64,000 bases of DNA from Rebecca billardiae RCC1528 (lineage: Eukaryota > Protista > Haptophyta). The translations under genes were made by a program, and so were the position numbers. Below, one piece after another: positions 1 through 10,600 of the stretch (position 1 is its first letter; the number at the start of each line of letters is the position of its first letter). The notes beneath the pieces are model-generated. The model saw nothing but the letters and a program-made list of their open reading frames with translations. It was not told the origin of the DNA and did not search any database. Where the stretch lies: the NCBI GenBank assembly GCA_965240325.2, contig OZ251227.1, positions 2,542,001-2,606,000 on the forward strand, read 5' to 3'.

Positions 1-1315
1 CACGACGGGCTGCCCGCCGTCGACCCCGTGGGCTACGTCCAGCTCGTCGGCGGGCGCGAGCAGATGAACAAGCACCGCTTCCTCGTGCTCGATGGGCTGT
101 TCTACGCGCACGCGCTCAACCGCACTTTTGTCGAGCCCGCCGTGGCGAACTCGCGGCTGGTGGAGTCGCCGCGGCGGGCGCGGGAGCTGCTCGGCTCGTC
201 GGAGACGCTCGGCTTCGGCTCGTACTGGGAGATGGACTCCCTGTGCGCCTTCCACCGCACGATCGACCTCGTCGCGTTCACGAGGCTCAATGTGCGCGCT
301 GCTGCCTGCCGCCCGCGCCGCCGCACGCGCCGCCGCACGCGCTGGGTGCCACCCTCCCCTCCCCGTGCCCGCTGCCGGGGCAAGCACGGGCGTGGCGCGG
401 GGCGGCCGCTGTGGGAGGCCGCAGGGGCACCCCTGGCCCGGCCTGCCACGGCGCGTGCGCGCGGGGCAGCGGCTCACCCCTCACCCTCGCCCTCGCCCTC
501 CCCCCCCCCCCCCGCGCGCGCAGGAGGCCAACGCCCTGCGCTCCGTCCTCGTGCTCCCGCGCACGGCGCGCGAGACGCGGATCGGTGGCATCAACCTCGA
601 GACGGAGCGGCAGGTGCAGGCTGCGTTCGAGCCGTTCACAGAGTACAAGCTGATCCAGCTCGACACGTTCTACCGCTCGTCGCTGCTCCGACCCGTCGCG
701 CTGCGGCTCTCGCCCAAGATCGAGGCGTTCGCCAAGCGGCAGGCCAAGTCGTTCATGGGCGCCAAGTACATGGCGGTGCAGTGGCGCTCGGAGACGGTGG
801 CGCGCGACCGGTGGGAGCCGTGCGTCGAGTACGTGTCCGCGGTGGTGCAGCGCATCGCGTCGCGGCTGCGCTTCGGCGGCATGCAGATTCTGCTGATTTC
901 GGACGTCTTCCCGGACACTTCCGACACCGACTTCCGCGGGCCGAGCGCGCGGCTCGCCGCGCTGCGCAAGTTCGAGGAGAAGATGCCGGGCATCATCTCG
1001 CAGCCGATCCACCCGGCGATCGCGATGATCGCCGACTCGGGGATCAAGGCGATCGTCGAGCAGTACCTCGCGATCAACGCGCCCTACTTCTTCGCCGCGT
1101 CGATGGGGGAGACGAACAAGGTGGTGGGCGAGGGCGGCACGTGCGCCAAGCCGGGCTCGGGCTTCGTCGACACGATCGTGCGCGAGCGGCTGGAGCGCGG
1201 GCTGAAGAGCTACCCGCTGCTGCACGTGCGGCTCACCAACGCGGCGGGCAAGGTGATCGAGTCGTTCGGCGGGCCGAACGTGGGCGAGACGACGGTGCAG
1301 CGGCCGCGGAGGTGA
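1..1315 (+). CDS. GDP-fucose O-fucosyltransferase-like glycosyltransferase, 5'-truncated; exons <1-291 and 524-1315
   Basis: Frame is open from base 1. A phase-0 intron GTGCGC(292)...GCGCAG(523) joins ORF 28 to ORF 92. Motifs GREQMN, LNRTFVEP and YMAVQWRSE resemble O-FucT family motifs (LNRTLVLP, YxAvHxRxE). Stop TGA at 1313-1315. Confidence 0.6.
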
Positions 1316-1560
1316 CCAGGTGGTGGGCGGTGGAGGGTTGAGACCCGGCGGCACGGTTGCTCGAGCTGACGTCTAACGTCAGGTCGCAGGCACAGCCAGT
1401 CAGCCACAGACGCCTCCCATCGTCAGTATTGGCGCTCGATCGCCCATCAATAATGAAATGAATAACCAATAACTACATCATCCAATATAACATTTCCAAC
1501 GTGCTTTTCTGAATTTCCACCTGACGAGACTGCGGAGAAGTCCGCACAAGCGACACAAGG

Positions 1561-3239
1561 ATGGCGGCCGACACGTCCGGCACGGCCGAATCATCAGCGC
1601 AGCAGCTGCGCCACCGCGCAGGGGCGGCGCGCCCAGCGGCCAGGCGCCTGCCGCGCGCGGACTCGAACGAATCCGAGCTTGGCGACACCGATGGCGACGT
1701 GAGCGCCGACGAGACGGACCGCAGCCTGCACGCACCGGCGGCGTCGTCGTCGAAGGAGCCCAAGTGGCGGCGCGTGGCCGTGCGCGCCTTCTCCGCGTGG
1801 TGCATGACGGCGGCGGCGCTGGTGATCCTCTACCTCGGCCACCTCGCCGTGTGCACCCTCGTCTTCGCCATCCAGGTGATGATCTTCAAGGAGGTCACGA
1901 TGGTGCGCTACCGGACGGAGAAGTCGTCCGAGGTCCCAATGTTCCGGACGATCCAGTGGCTGTGGTTCGCGGTGGCGATCTTCTTCAGCTACGGCGACGC
2001 GCTGTCGAACACGATGCCCACGCCGCTCAGCCGCTGGCTCCACCGACGCCGCCACCGCGTCTCCGTCTTCGCCTTCTTCATCGCAAACCACGAGGTGATC
2101 TCGATGCTTTGCTACTCGACTGTACTCGTCCTCACGGTCCTCTCGTTCAAGAAGCGGTACTACCGGTACCAGCTGGGCCAGCTGTCGTGGACGATGGTGA
2201 CCGTGTGGATCTGCGTCGGCCAGCTCCACGCCGTCGTGACCAACGTCTTCACCGGCCTCTTCTGGTTTGTGTACCCGGTGTCGCTCGTGATCGTGAACGA
2301 CTGCATGGCCTACTTCTGCGGCATGGCGCTCGGCCGCAGGCTCATCTCGGTGCGCGCGCGCGGCGCGGGTTGGGAGCGGGGGTGGCGTCGGGGGCGCGCG
2401 CGGGCGCGCGCGCGAGGCGCCCAGAGCCCGCCGCGCCCCGCGCTGCCTGCGTGACGCGCACGTGCCCCCCGCCGGCCGCGGCCGCGGCCTCCGGCGCCGC
2501 CCGGTGCGCAGCGGCCGTTCCTGAAGCTGTCGCCGAACAAGACGTGGGAGGGGTTCATCGGCGGCGGCGTGTTCACGGTGGTCTGGGCGTTCCTCGCGCC
2601 CAAGCTCTTCAGCCGCTGGCCCGGCCTCATCTGCCAGTGCACCGACGTGGACAACATTCCGCACTGCAACGCGGAGGAGGCGCACGACCTGAGCTCAGGC
2701 TTCCCGCTCTTTATGACGAAACAGTACCCGCTGCCCGAGGCGCTGCACGGCGCGCTGGGCAGCGCGCACCTCGAGCTCTTCCCGATCCAGGTGCACGGCC
2801 TCGCCTTCGGCGTCTTCGCCTCGCTCGTCGCCCCCTTCGGCGGCTACCTCGCCTCGACGATCAAGCGCGCGTACAAGGTGAAGGACTTTGAGCAGACGAT
2901 CCCGGGGCACGGCGGGGTGATGGACCGGATGGACTGCCAGCTGCTGATGGCGCTCTTCACCACGGTGTACCTGAACACCTTCGTGCGGTGCGCGGCCGCG
3001 CGGCGCGGCCGCGCGCTCATCCGGGCCGGGCCGCGCGCTCGGCGCGCGGCCGAACGCGCGCGGCTGAACTGAACACGCGCGCTGTGGCCGCGCGCGCGCT
3101 GCGCTCCGCGCGCAGGATGGACGTGTTCTCGGTCAAGTCGATGCTCAGCGCGATCGCCAGGCTGTCCAGGGAGGAGCAGCTCACCCTGTACAAGGAGCTC
3201 AAGTCCAAGTTGAGAAACGAAGGCCTGCTCCCGGCGTGA
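1561..3239 (+). CDS. CDS1: Phosphatidate cytidylyltransferase (CDP-diacylglycerol synthase); exons 1561-2349, 2512-2987, 3116-3239
   Basis: Multi-TM protein with NDCMAYFCG, LSPNKTWEGFIGG and KDFEQTIPGHGGVMDRMDCQ signatures. Two GTGCGC...CAG introns restore the frame. Confidence 0.95.
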
Positions 3240-4191
3240 TGCCCGCGGTGCGCGCGAGGAGTCGAGAGCGCGCACCCGCTCGACCGCGTGAAGTTGACGC
3301 GGCGGCAGCTGCCGGTCATCTCAGTGGTCCTCCGTTAGTTAGGCCCGCGCGCACGCGGGCTGTGCTGAGTGTGCAGTGTGTGGTGGACGCCCAGCCTGGG
3401 CGCAGCGGGCGAGCTGTGAGCTGGAGCATCGCGCAGCTTTCTACCGCGGGCCGACGGCCGTCGCCAGCGCCGCCACCACCGGCCTGGCCACCGGAGGCAC
3501 TCCGGCCTGGCCGCACTTGCGACGATGGCGACAGACAGCAGTACGCGAATGTCACTGCTTCCCAGAGTTCCCAGCAGTGGCATTGTCTCCGGCACGGCAT
3601 GTGTGCGGTGATCACGACAGGCGACTGTGACGACACCGCGATCCGCCGCACGGCCGCCATCATCCGATCGGCGCATCACATCAGCAGCGCGCATTCTGAT
3701 TCACTGACGCCATCTGATCCTGGACCTGGGAGTGCGGACGACGGACTCGGTCGTCATCATATTCATCACGCAGTAGCCGAGTCTGAGCAGCGCTGCTGAG
3801 CAGCGCTGCTGTGACGGGTCCGAGGCCTCCTAAGTCAGATAGGCCGGCGCCCGTGTTACCAGGCCCGACTGACCTGAGCGCCGGCGGGCCGCCGCCATGC
3901 CCATGGCACCGGACCGTACTCTGCATAGTCTGCTTAGTCAGTCTGCTGCATATCACTCTCTGAGCCTGACGCTTGATGGGAAATGATGCCCGTTGCATAC
4001 CACGTCGTTATAGATCGTCTATGCATGCATTTTGAAAAAAAAAACGCATGTATGATGCTCTCGATCCGACTCAGTGATCCGGACGACAATCGTCATCTGG
4101 AGACTCCGGTCCGGACGGGCCGCGCGCGGCACGTGACTCACTACGTACGTTGAGGAAGTGACCGTGTGCGCCATCCGCTCGAGCATCGTCG

Positions 4192-5252
4192 CTACTCCTT
4201 GCTATCGGCCGAGCCCGACGGCGAGCCCATGGAGACCATGACCCCCGCGGGGCGCACGAGCTTGTCGCCGATCGCGAAGCCGCGCTGCAAGACCGTCATC
4301 ACGTGGTTCTCCGGCACGTCCTCTGACGGCTGGCGGGTGATGGCCTCATGCAGGTTGAAGTCGAACTCCTTGCCCTCCGCCTCGATCTCCGCGGCGCCGA
4401 GGTTCTTCGTGATCACCTCCAGCATCTGCTTGTACAGCTGCTGGTACGAGTTCTGCACGCCGATGGCGTCCTCCGAGGCCAGCCTGCGGCGGGGGGCGGG
4501 CGGCAGAGGGCCGCAGCAGGCGGGGGGTGGGGTGCGAGCGTGCGCGCGCGTGAGCACGCTGCGCGCATCGGTGCTGCGAGGGCTGGCGGGCGCGTACTTG
4601 AGCTGGCCAGCGCGGTCGAAGTTGTCGATCACAGGCAGAAGCTGCTTGATGGCGTCGACCGTGGCCATATCGCGCTGCGTGGGTGGGGCGGGCGACGGAG
4701 GCAGGGGCCGCGCGGAGGCAGTGTGAATGTGGCGGCGCGCGGGCATGCGGATGGGGCGTGGCCGGGCGCCGGTCGGACGTCGCGGGCTCCGCACGGGGCG
4801 CGCACCGTCTCGGCCATCTGCTCGGTCGTTCGCCTGCGCAGGTTCTCAAAGTCCGCCTGGAGGCGCAGCACCATCGGCGAGTTGGCCTCGTCCTCCAGCT
4901 TGGCGGCGAGCTCGTCCCGCTCGGCCGTCATCTTGGAGAGCTCGTCCTCGAGGACCTCGATCTTCTTCTTGAGGAAGGCAGGGGAGTTGAGAAGCCCATC
5001 CCCATCCTCAGCCGGCGCATCGTCATCGCCCGTCGCCTCGCCATCCGCCTCCCCGTCAGCGTCGCTGTCAGCTGCAACTTCGCTCGCGGCGTCCTCGTCT
5101 GCCGCGGCCATGCAGAACACGCGGCTGCTCGGACGGACGGCAGAGCGGTGTGCGCGCGCCACGCATGCTCGTGACGTCGAGACCAGCGCCGACGCGCTGT
5201 GCGCAGCGCCCAGGAGCGCGACGAGAAGGAGGGCGACGAGACGCGCAATCAT
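4192..5252 (-). CDS. grpE: GrpE nucleotide exchange factor, probably plastid-targeted; exons 5252-4806, 4674-4598, 4483-4192
   Basis: Motifs LRLQADFENLRRR, LLPVIDNFDRA, GKEFDFNLHEAI and VLQRGFAIGDKLVRPAGVMVS. N-terminal signal peptide MIARLVALLLVALLGAAHSASA is followed by a Ser/Arg-rich transit-like segment. Introns 4805-4675 and 4597-4484 are GT-AG. Confidence 0.93.
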
Positions 5253-5831
5253 CGTTCCCGCACGTGACGCGGACGGAGTCCAGACACGATGGAGATCGGC
5301 TTCGACGTGGCCTCGGCGCGCTCTGGACCTCTCTCTTCGGCAAGATTCGTCAACCAGTCCCGTCAACTCCCAATTCCAATGTGAATGTCGCTGGCCAAGC
5401 CCAAGGCCTTGCCGCGGCTGCGCTGCGGCCTGCCTGCGGACCCCGGAGGCTGGCGGTGGCGGATGCGGCAATGCGGGATGATTCTAATGCGCGTTGCCAC
5501 CGACGGCGGACGCTCCGCGACTGGCTGGGTAGTGGGTCAGACTGAAGAAGAAGTGTCATCGGAAGCCAGCTTGTCACGCGGCATATCGACGAGGTGCGGC
5601 CATGGGCATGGTCATGGACTCGGACATCTGCCATCTGGGCACTGCACAGGTCCGTCCCGCCCTCCGCCGAGACACGCACGAGAGAAGCAGCGCGCGCCGG
5701 GGTACCACTCGCGGCCAAAGCTGTGCCCGTTGTTGCCGCCGCCCGAGGACGGAGCGGCCGAGTGCCGGCGTGCGGCCTGCATGCATTGGGGAGGTCGGGC
5801 TCAAGCCACCGACCACGGGCGCGCACGTCTC

Positions 5832-6581
5832 TCACGGCTTGCTCGTCACGCTCATCGCCTCGACCAGCTCGCGAGGAGCGTCGCGGTCTTCGAGCACCTC
5901 CGCGGGGAGCCGATGGGACGTGAGCAGCCCGGTGCACTCACGGTCGGCATCGCCCGCGCCAGCCTCCTCCACCGGGCCGAGCTCGTCCGGCACGCCGTCG
6001 CTCGGCAGACTGAGCAACGGGTCGGGTGGCACGTCGGCCGGTGCCGCGCCGCCGCTGGCAGCTCCGGCGCGCGCGATGCTCACGATCGTATCCAGGGCGT
6101 TCTGCTTGTGCCGGCTTCTCTTGCCGTGCGCTTGCCGCGGGCCCGTGTCGCGCCGCGCCACGTCAGGCGTGTGCGCATACGTCGCGCGATCTGGAAACGG
6201 AGGAAGCCATGGCGGGATGTGCGTGTCGCGCCTGGGCTCCGGGTCGGCGCGCTCGTCGTCCGGGGTCTCGAGGACGCGCTTGCGCCGCACGGGAAAGTTC
6301 GGCACCACGCGCGCGCACGGCATCTCGTCCGCGGCGCGAGCAAACTCGGTCAGGTCCGCGGTCGTGACGTTCAGCTCGGCGAGCGCCGTGTGCACGTCCA
6401 CAAAGTTCACCTGCGTGCGGCCCGCGTGCTCGGCGGTGTCCTTGGCGACCAGGCCGATGGTCTCGAGGTATTTGAGCAGCATGTCGACCAGAAGCTCGCA
6501 TGCCGACTCCTGAGCGCGCACATATCCGACGGACTGCGCGATCTGTGCGAGCGAGACGCGCAGCAACTCGCGAGCGACCAT
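5832..6581 (-). CDS. TAF8: TFIID subunit 8-like (bromodomain-associated histone fold plus TAF8 C-terminal motif)
   Basis: Histone fold (SLAQIAQSVGY...AEHAGRTQVNFVDVHTAL) followed by the TAF8 hallmark HIPPWLPPFPDRATYAHTP. Single exon, 249 aa. Confidence 0.85.
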   Translation of the reverse strand: MVARELLRVSLAQIAQSVGYVRAQESACELLVDMLLKYLETIGLVAKDTAEHAGRTQVNFVDVHTALAELNVTTADLTEFARAADEMPCARVVPNFPVRRKRVLETPDDERADPEPRRDTHIPPWLPPFPDRATYAHTPDVARRDTGPRQAHGKRSRHKQNALDTIVSIARAGAASGGAAPADVPPDPLLSLPSDGVPDELGPVEEAGAGDADRECTGLLTSHRLPAEVLEDRDAPRELVEAMSVTSKP

Positions 6582-6684
6582 GCTGGTGCAGCTCGGTCGC
6601 GGGCTTTCGGCCTAGTCGCTGCCGACCGGCTCCCGTGCGTCCGGGACGCCACGGCCACTTTCTCTTTTGCACCGATGCATCAGC
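6582..6684. promoter_or_regulatory. Probable bidirectional promoter between TAF8 and the SET gene
   Basis: Only 103 bp separate the two divergent ATGs (6581 and 6685). Confidence 0.5.
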
Positions 6685-7188
6685 ATGGCGGCCCTCGATC
6701 GTGAGCTGGCCCTTGAGCAAGGCCTGGATGTGCGGGAATCGCGCATTCCTGGCGCCGGGCAGGGGCTGTTTGTGACGCGGCGATTCGCAAAGGGCACGGT
6801 GCTGGCGGAGTACAGGGGCGACGTGCTCAGTCTCGCGAAGGTGCTCAAGATGTCGGTTGCTGATCGCGACTATGTGATGGGTGGCTTTGGGCTCAACGTC
6901 CACATCGACGCGCGCCGTGATCTGAACGTGCTCGGGAGGTATGTGAACGACAACCAGGATGCCTCGCAGCTGAACGCAGAGTTTGTCAAATTGCGCGAGG
7001 AGCGCAAAGCCCTCGTCACCGCCTTGCGAGACATCGAGGCGGGCGAGGAGGTGTACGCCAGCTATGGCGAGGGGTACTGGCGTGTGCGAGGCCACCTAGC
7101 AGCGACGAGTCCGGACACGACTGGGGCAGATTCAAACGGCAGCGCGCTCGCAGCCGCGAGTCCGCCGGCTGGCGCAAGCGAGCTTTAA
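6685..7188 (+). CDS. Small stand-alone SET-domain lysine methyltransferase (167 aa)
   Basis: SRIPGAGQGLF, LAEYRG, LGRYVND and ALRDIEAGEEVYASYGEGYW match SET motifs. ATG at 6685. Confidence 0.88.
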   Translation: MAALDRELALEQGLDVRESRIPGAGQGLFVTRRFAKGTVLAEYRGDVLSLAKVLKMSVADRDYVMGGFGLNVHIDARRDLNVLGRYVNDNQDASQLNAEFVKLREERKALVTALRDIEAGEEVYASYGEGYWRVRGHLAATSPDTTGADSNGSALAAASPPAGASEL

Positions 7189-7630
7189 GGCATGCTGCCG
7201 AGATCGGACGTTCTCCGAGCCGCCCGGAGATGACGTTGTCGTTCGGTTGCGATCAGCGATGAAATTATTATAATAATTATTATCGTCGCGTCCGCGACGA
7301 TGACGACCGCCGATTATATGACGATTATATGCGCGCATGCGCGCATGTATATAGTTATATAGCCCGGCGGACTGACGCCGACGCGATGTCGATAATCGAT
7401 ATGATGACGACATCATCACTCATTATGATACCAGTATACGACATGCTGGCAGACTCGTCTGAACAGGCCGCGCATCAGTGCCGTCGTCACTCGGAGTCGT
7501 CATCACTAGCCGCCGCGGCCACGCGCCTCCGCAGACAAGGCCTCTGCGGCGCCCTCTGCTGACTGCTGCCGCCCGCGCGCATTAAGCCGCGAAAAAGCAG
7601 CAGTAGCATAGCAGCTGCGCGCCTCGCGCG

Positions 7631-10600
7631 TCAGATGGAAGGAGCGCCGAAGACGACGAAAGGCGCCCACTGGTGCAAGAGGAAGGCGCGCGAGCCATCC
7701 TCGCGCTTCCTGTGCACGAGCTCGCGCATCGTGGCGCAGAGCACGCCTGCCACATCCACGCGCCCATCGCCCCCCGCCTCGGGCTGAGGATCCAAGCCAG
7801 CAGCCAGGCGTGGGTACAGCTCCTGCATCAGCTCGCGCGTCTGCGTGTCGTCCACGGGCCACAGCGAGGCGAGCAGCGTGCCGCAGCCTGCGGAGAGGAA
7901 GGCGCGCGCGATGCCGATCAGGCCCTCCGAGCTCAGCTCGCCGCGGAACGTGTCGCACGCGCTCAGCAGCATGAGCCGCACGTGGCGCAGGTCGAGTGGC
8001 TCGACGTCCGCCATGTCCAGCGTCGCCTCCTCAGCGCTCGAGCCCGCCAGATGGAGGCCCGTCGGCGAGCCATGCAGCGCGAGGTGCACGAGGCTTGCGT
8101 GCCTGAGCTCGCGCAGCAGCGCGCGCTTCGTCACCTGCGCGCCAGTCAGCCTCGTCACCTCCAGCCGGCGCGCCTTCGCCGCGCTCGACTTCAGCAGATC
8201 TACCGCCACTTGCAATGCCTCCAGCTCCGCTTCGCAGAGGTCGTCCAGCGCTTCGCCCACCACGTCGCCCACCTGGAGCTGCTCTGCGAGCTCCCTCCGC
8301 GCACTGCGCTCGAGCTCGCGCACGTGCACGCGGGAGCCGCCATCCACGGCCTGCGCCTCGACCCAGACGCACCACCTGTCCTTCGTGCGCACGGCCTCCT
8401 GCGCCTGTTCCAGGTGCTCGTCGCTCTGCAGCCGCCACGGCAGCGCGTGCGCGCTGTACTCGTTGATGCCCGCGACCAGCGCGCGCTGCGCCACGCCTGC
8501 GGCCGAGGTGGGCACGCGGCCGGCGGAGCGCTGCTCATCGAGCCGCATCAGCGTGCCGACCGACGGCGCCACGCTCATGTCAAAGCGCTCGACCAGGTGC
8601 TTGCCATCGGCGTCGAGCAGCGCGGCGAACGGCAGCGCGTGCAGCTCGCCGTCGGGCAGCAGGATGAGCCTGTCGAACCCAGTGAGCGATTGCGCCAGCG
8701 GCTGCAGCAGGAGCTCGTGACACCGCCGCAGCTGCTGCTGTGCAGCCGCCTCCGCCTCGGCCAGCTCCGCATCGCTGCGCCGGCGCTTGCCCCTCGAGGT
8801 CGCACGCGCCTCCTGCGCCCCGACCCGCACTGAGGCGCGGACACGCGTGGCTGCGGCCACGCCTGCTGCGCTGCCGTCGATGCGGCTGTAGGCGTCAGGA
8901 GCGTATTTGCGGCACCGGCGGATGGCGCCGCGCGTCTCCTTCACGAGCGTGAGCACCGACTGCTCGCCCAGCGAGAGCTCGTGGAAAAGCGGCGGCGAGC
9001 TCTCGTCTGGTCGGACCACCCACGCGCACACGCGGTCGCTGCTCGTCGGCTGCGAGAAGAGCACAAGGCAGGCTCGGTGGCGCAGCGCATACGCGCGCAT
9101 CTGCTGCCACGAGAGCGCTGGCGGCAGGGCGCGCGAGCCAGTCGAGGCGTCAGGAGCGGCGGCGCGACGCGGGTCCCGCGCGCAGTGCTGCCGCGCCAGC
9201 AGGAGCGCGAGCGAGCGAGCGCGGCCGCGCTCGGCCGCTTCGAGCGCCTCTGCCTGCCGCCCTGAACGCACGAGCACCAGCTGCAGGCCTGCGGAGGCGC
9301 CGAGAGTGTCGCTAAAAGACACGCGCGCCCGATCCGAGCTGAGGTCGATCCACAGCGTGTCGTGCACAGCCAAGGCGGCAGTGAAGTGCTCCGCTGCGCG
9401 CTGGTACTGCTCGAGGCCTGCATACGCGCTGCCCAGGCTGCTCAGACAGCTGCCCTCGCCCTCCCTGTCGCCGATCTCGCGGGTGATGGCCAGCGCCTGC
9501 GTGTAGTGCTCGATGGCGCGGTCGTACTGCCCGAGGTTGCGGTACGCGCTGCCCAGGTTGTGCAGGCAGCTGCCCTCGCCCTGCCTGTCGCCGATCTCAC
9601 GGCGGATGGCCAGCGCCTGCGTGTGGTGCTCGATGCCGCGGTCATGCTGCCCAAGGCGGTCGAACGCGCTGCCCAGGTGGCCCAGGCCAGCACCCTCACC
9701 CCACCTGTCGCCGATCTCGCGGCTGATGGCCAGCGCCTGCGTGTGGTGCTCGATGGCGCGGTCGTGCTGCCCGAGGCTGTCGTACGCGCTGCCCAGGTTG
9801 CGCAAATCAGCGCCCTCACCCTGCCTGTCACCGATCTCGCGGCTGATGGCCAGCGCCAGCGTGTGGTGCTTGATGGCGCGGTCGTACTGCCCGAGGCTCT
9901 CGTACGCGACGCCCAGGTTGCCCAGGCAAGCGCCCTCGTTCCGCCGGTCGCCGATCTCGCGGGTGATGGCCAGCGCCTGCGTGTGGTGCTCGATGGCGCG
10001 GTCGTACTGCCCGAGGCTGCGGTACGCGCCGCCCAGGCCGCCCAGGCGAGTGCCCTCGCCCCGCCTGTCGCCGATCTCGCGGGTGATGGCCAGCGCCTGC
10101 GCGTGGTGCTCGATGGCGCGGTCGTACTGCCCGAGGTCGCAGTATGCACTGCCCAGGTTGCCCAGGCAAGTGCCCTCGCCCCGCCTGTCGCCGATCTCGC
10201 GGGTGATGGCCAGCGCCTGCGCGTGGTGCTCGATGGCGCGGTCGTACTGCCCGAGGTCGCAGTATGCACTGCCCAGGTTGCCCAGGCAAGCGCCCTCGCC
10301 CTGCCGGTCGCCGATCTCGCGGCTGATAGCCAGCGCCTGCGTGCAGTGCTCGATGGCGCGGTCGTACTGCCCGAGGCTGTCGTACGTGCTACCCAGGTTG
10401 TTCAAGCAAGTGCCCTCGCCCTGCCTGTCGCCGATCTCGCGGCTGATGGCCAGCGCCTGCGTGTAGTGCTCGATGGCGCGGTCGTACTGCCCGAGGCTGT
10501 CGTACGCGTGGCCCAGGTCGCACAGGCGAGCGCCCTCGCCCTCCCTGTTGCCGATCTCGCGGGTGATGGCCAGCGCCTGTGTGTGGTGCTCGATGGCGCG

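Noticed and set aside
3783-3811. Tandem 13-bp unit CTGAGCAGCGCTG x2 with an internal palindrome
   Set aside because: Too short to support a function; likely slippage.
3240-4191. Small ORFs between CDS1 and grpE
   Set aside because: No motifs or coding-like composition; treated as UTR/intergenic sequence.
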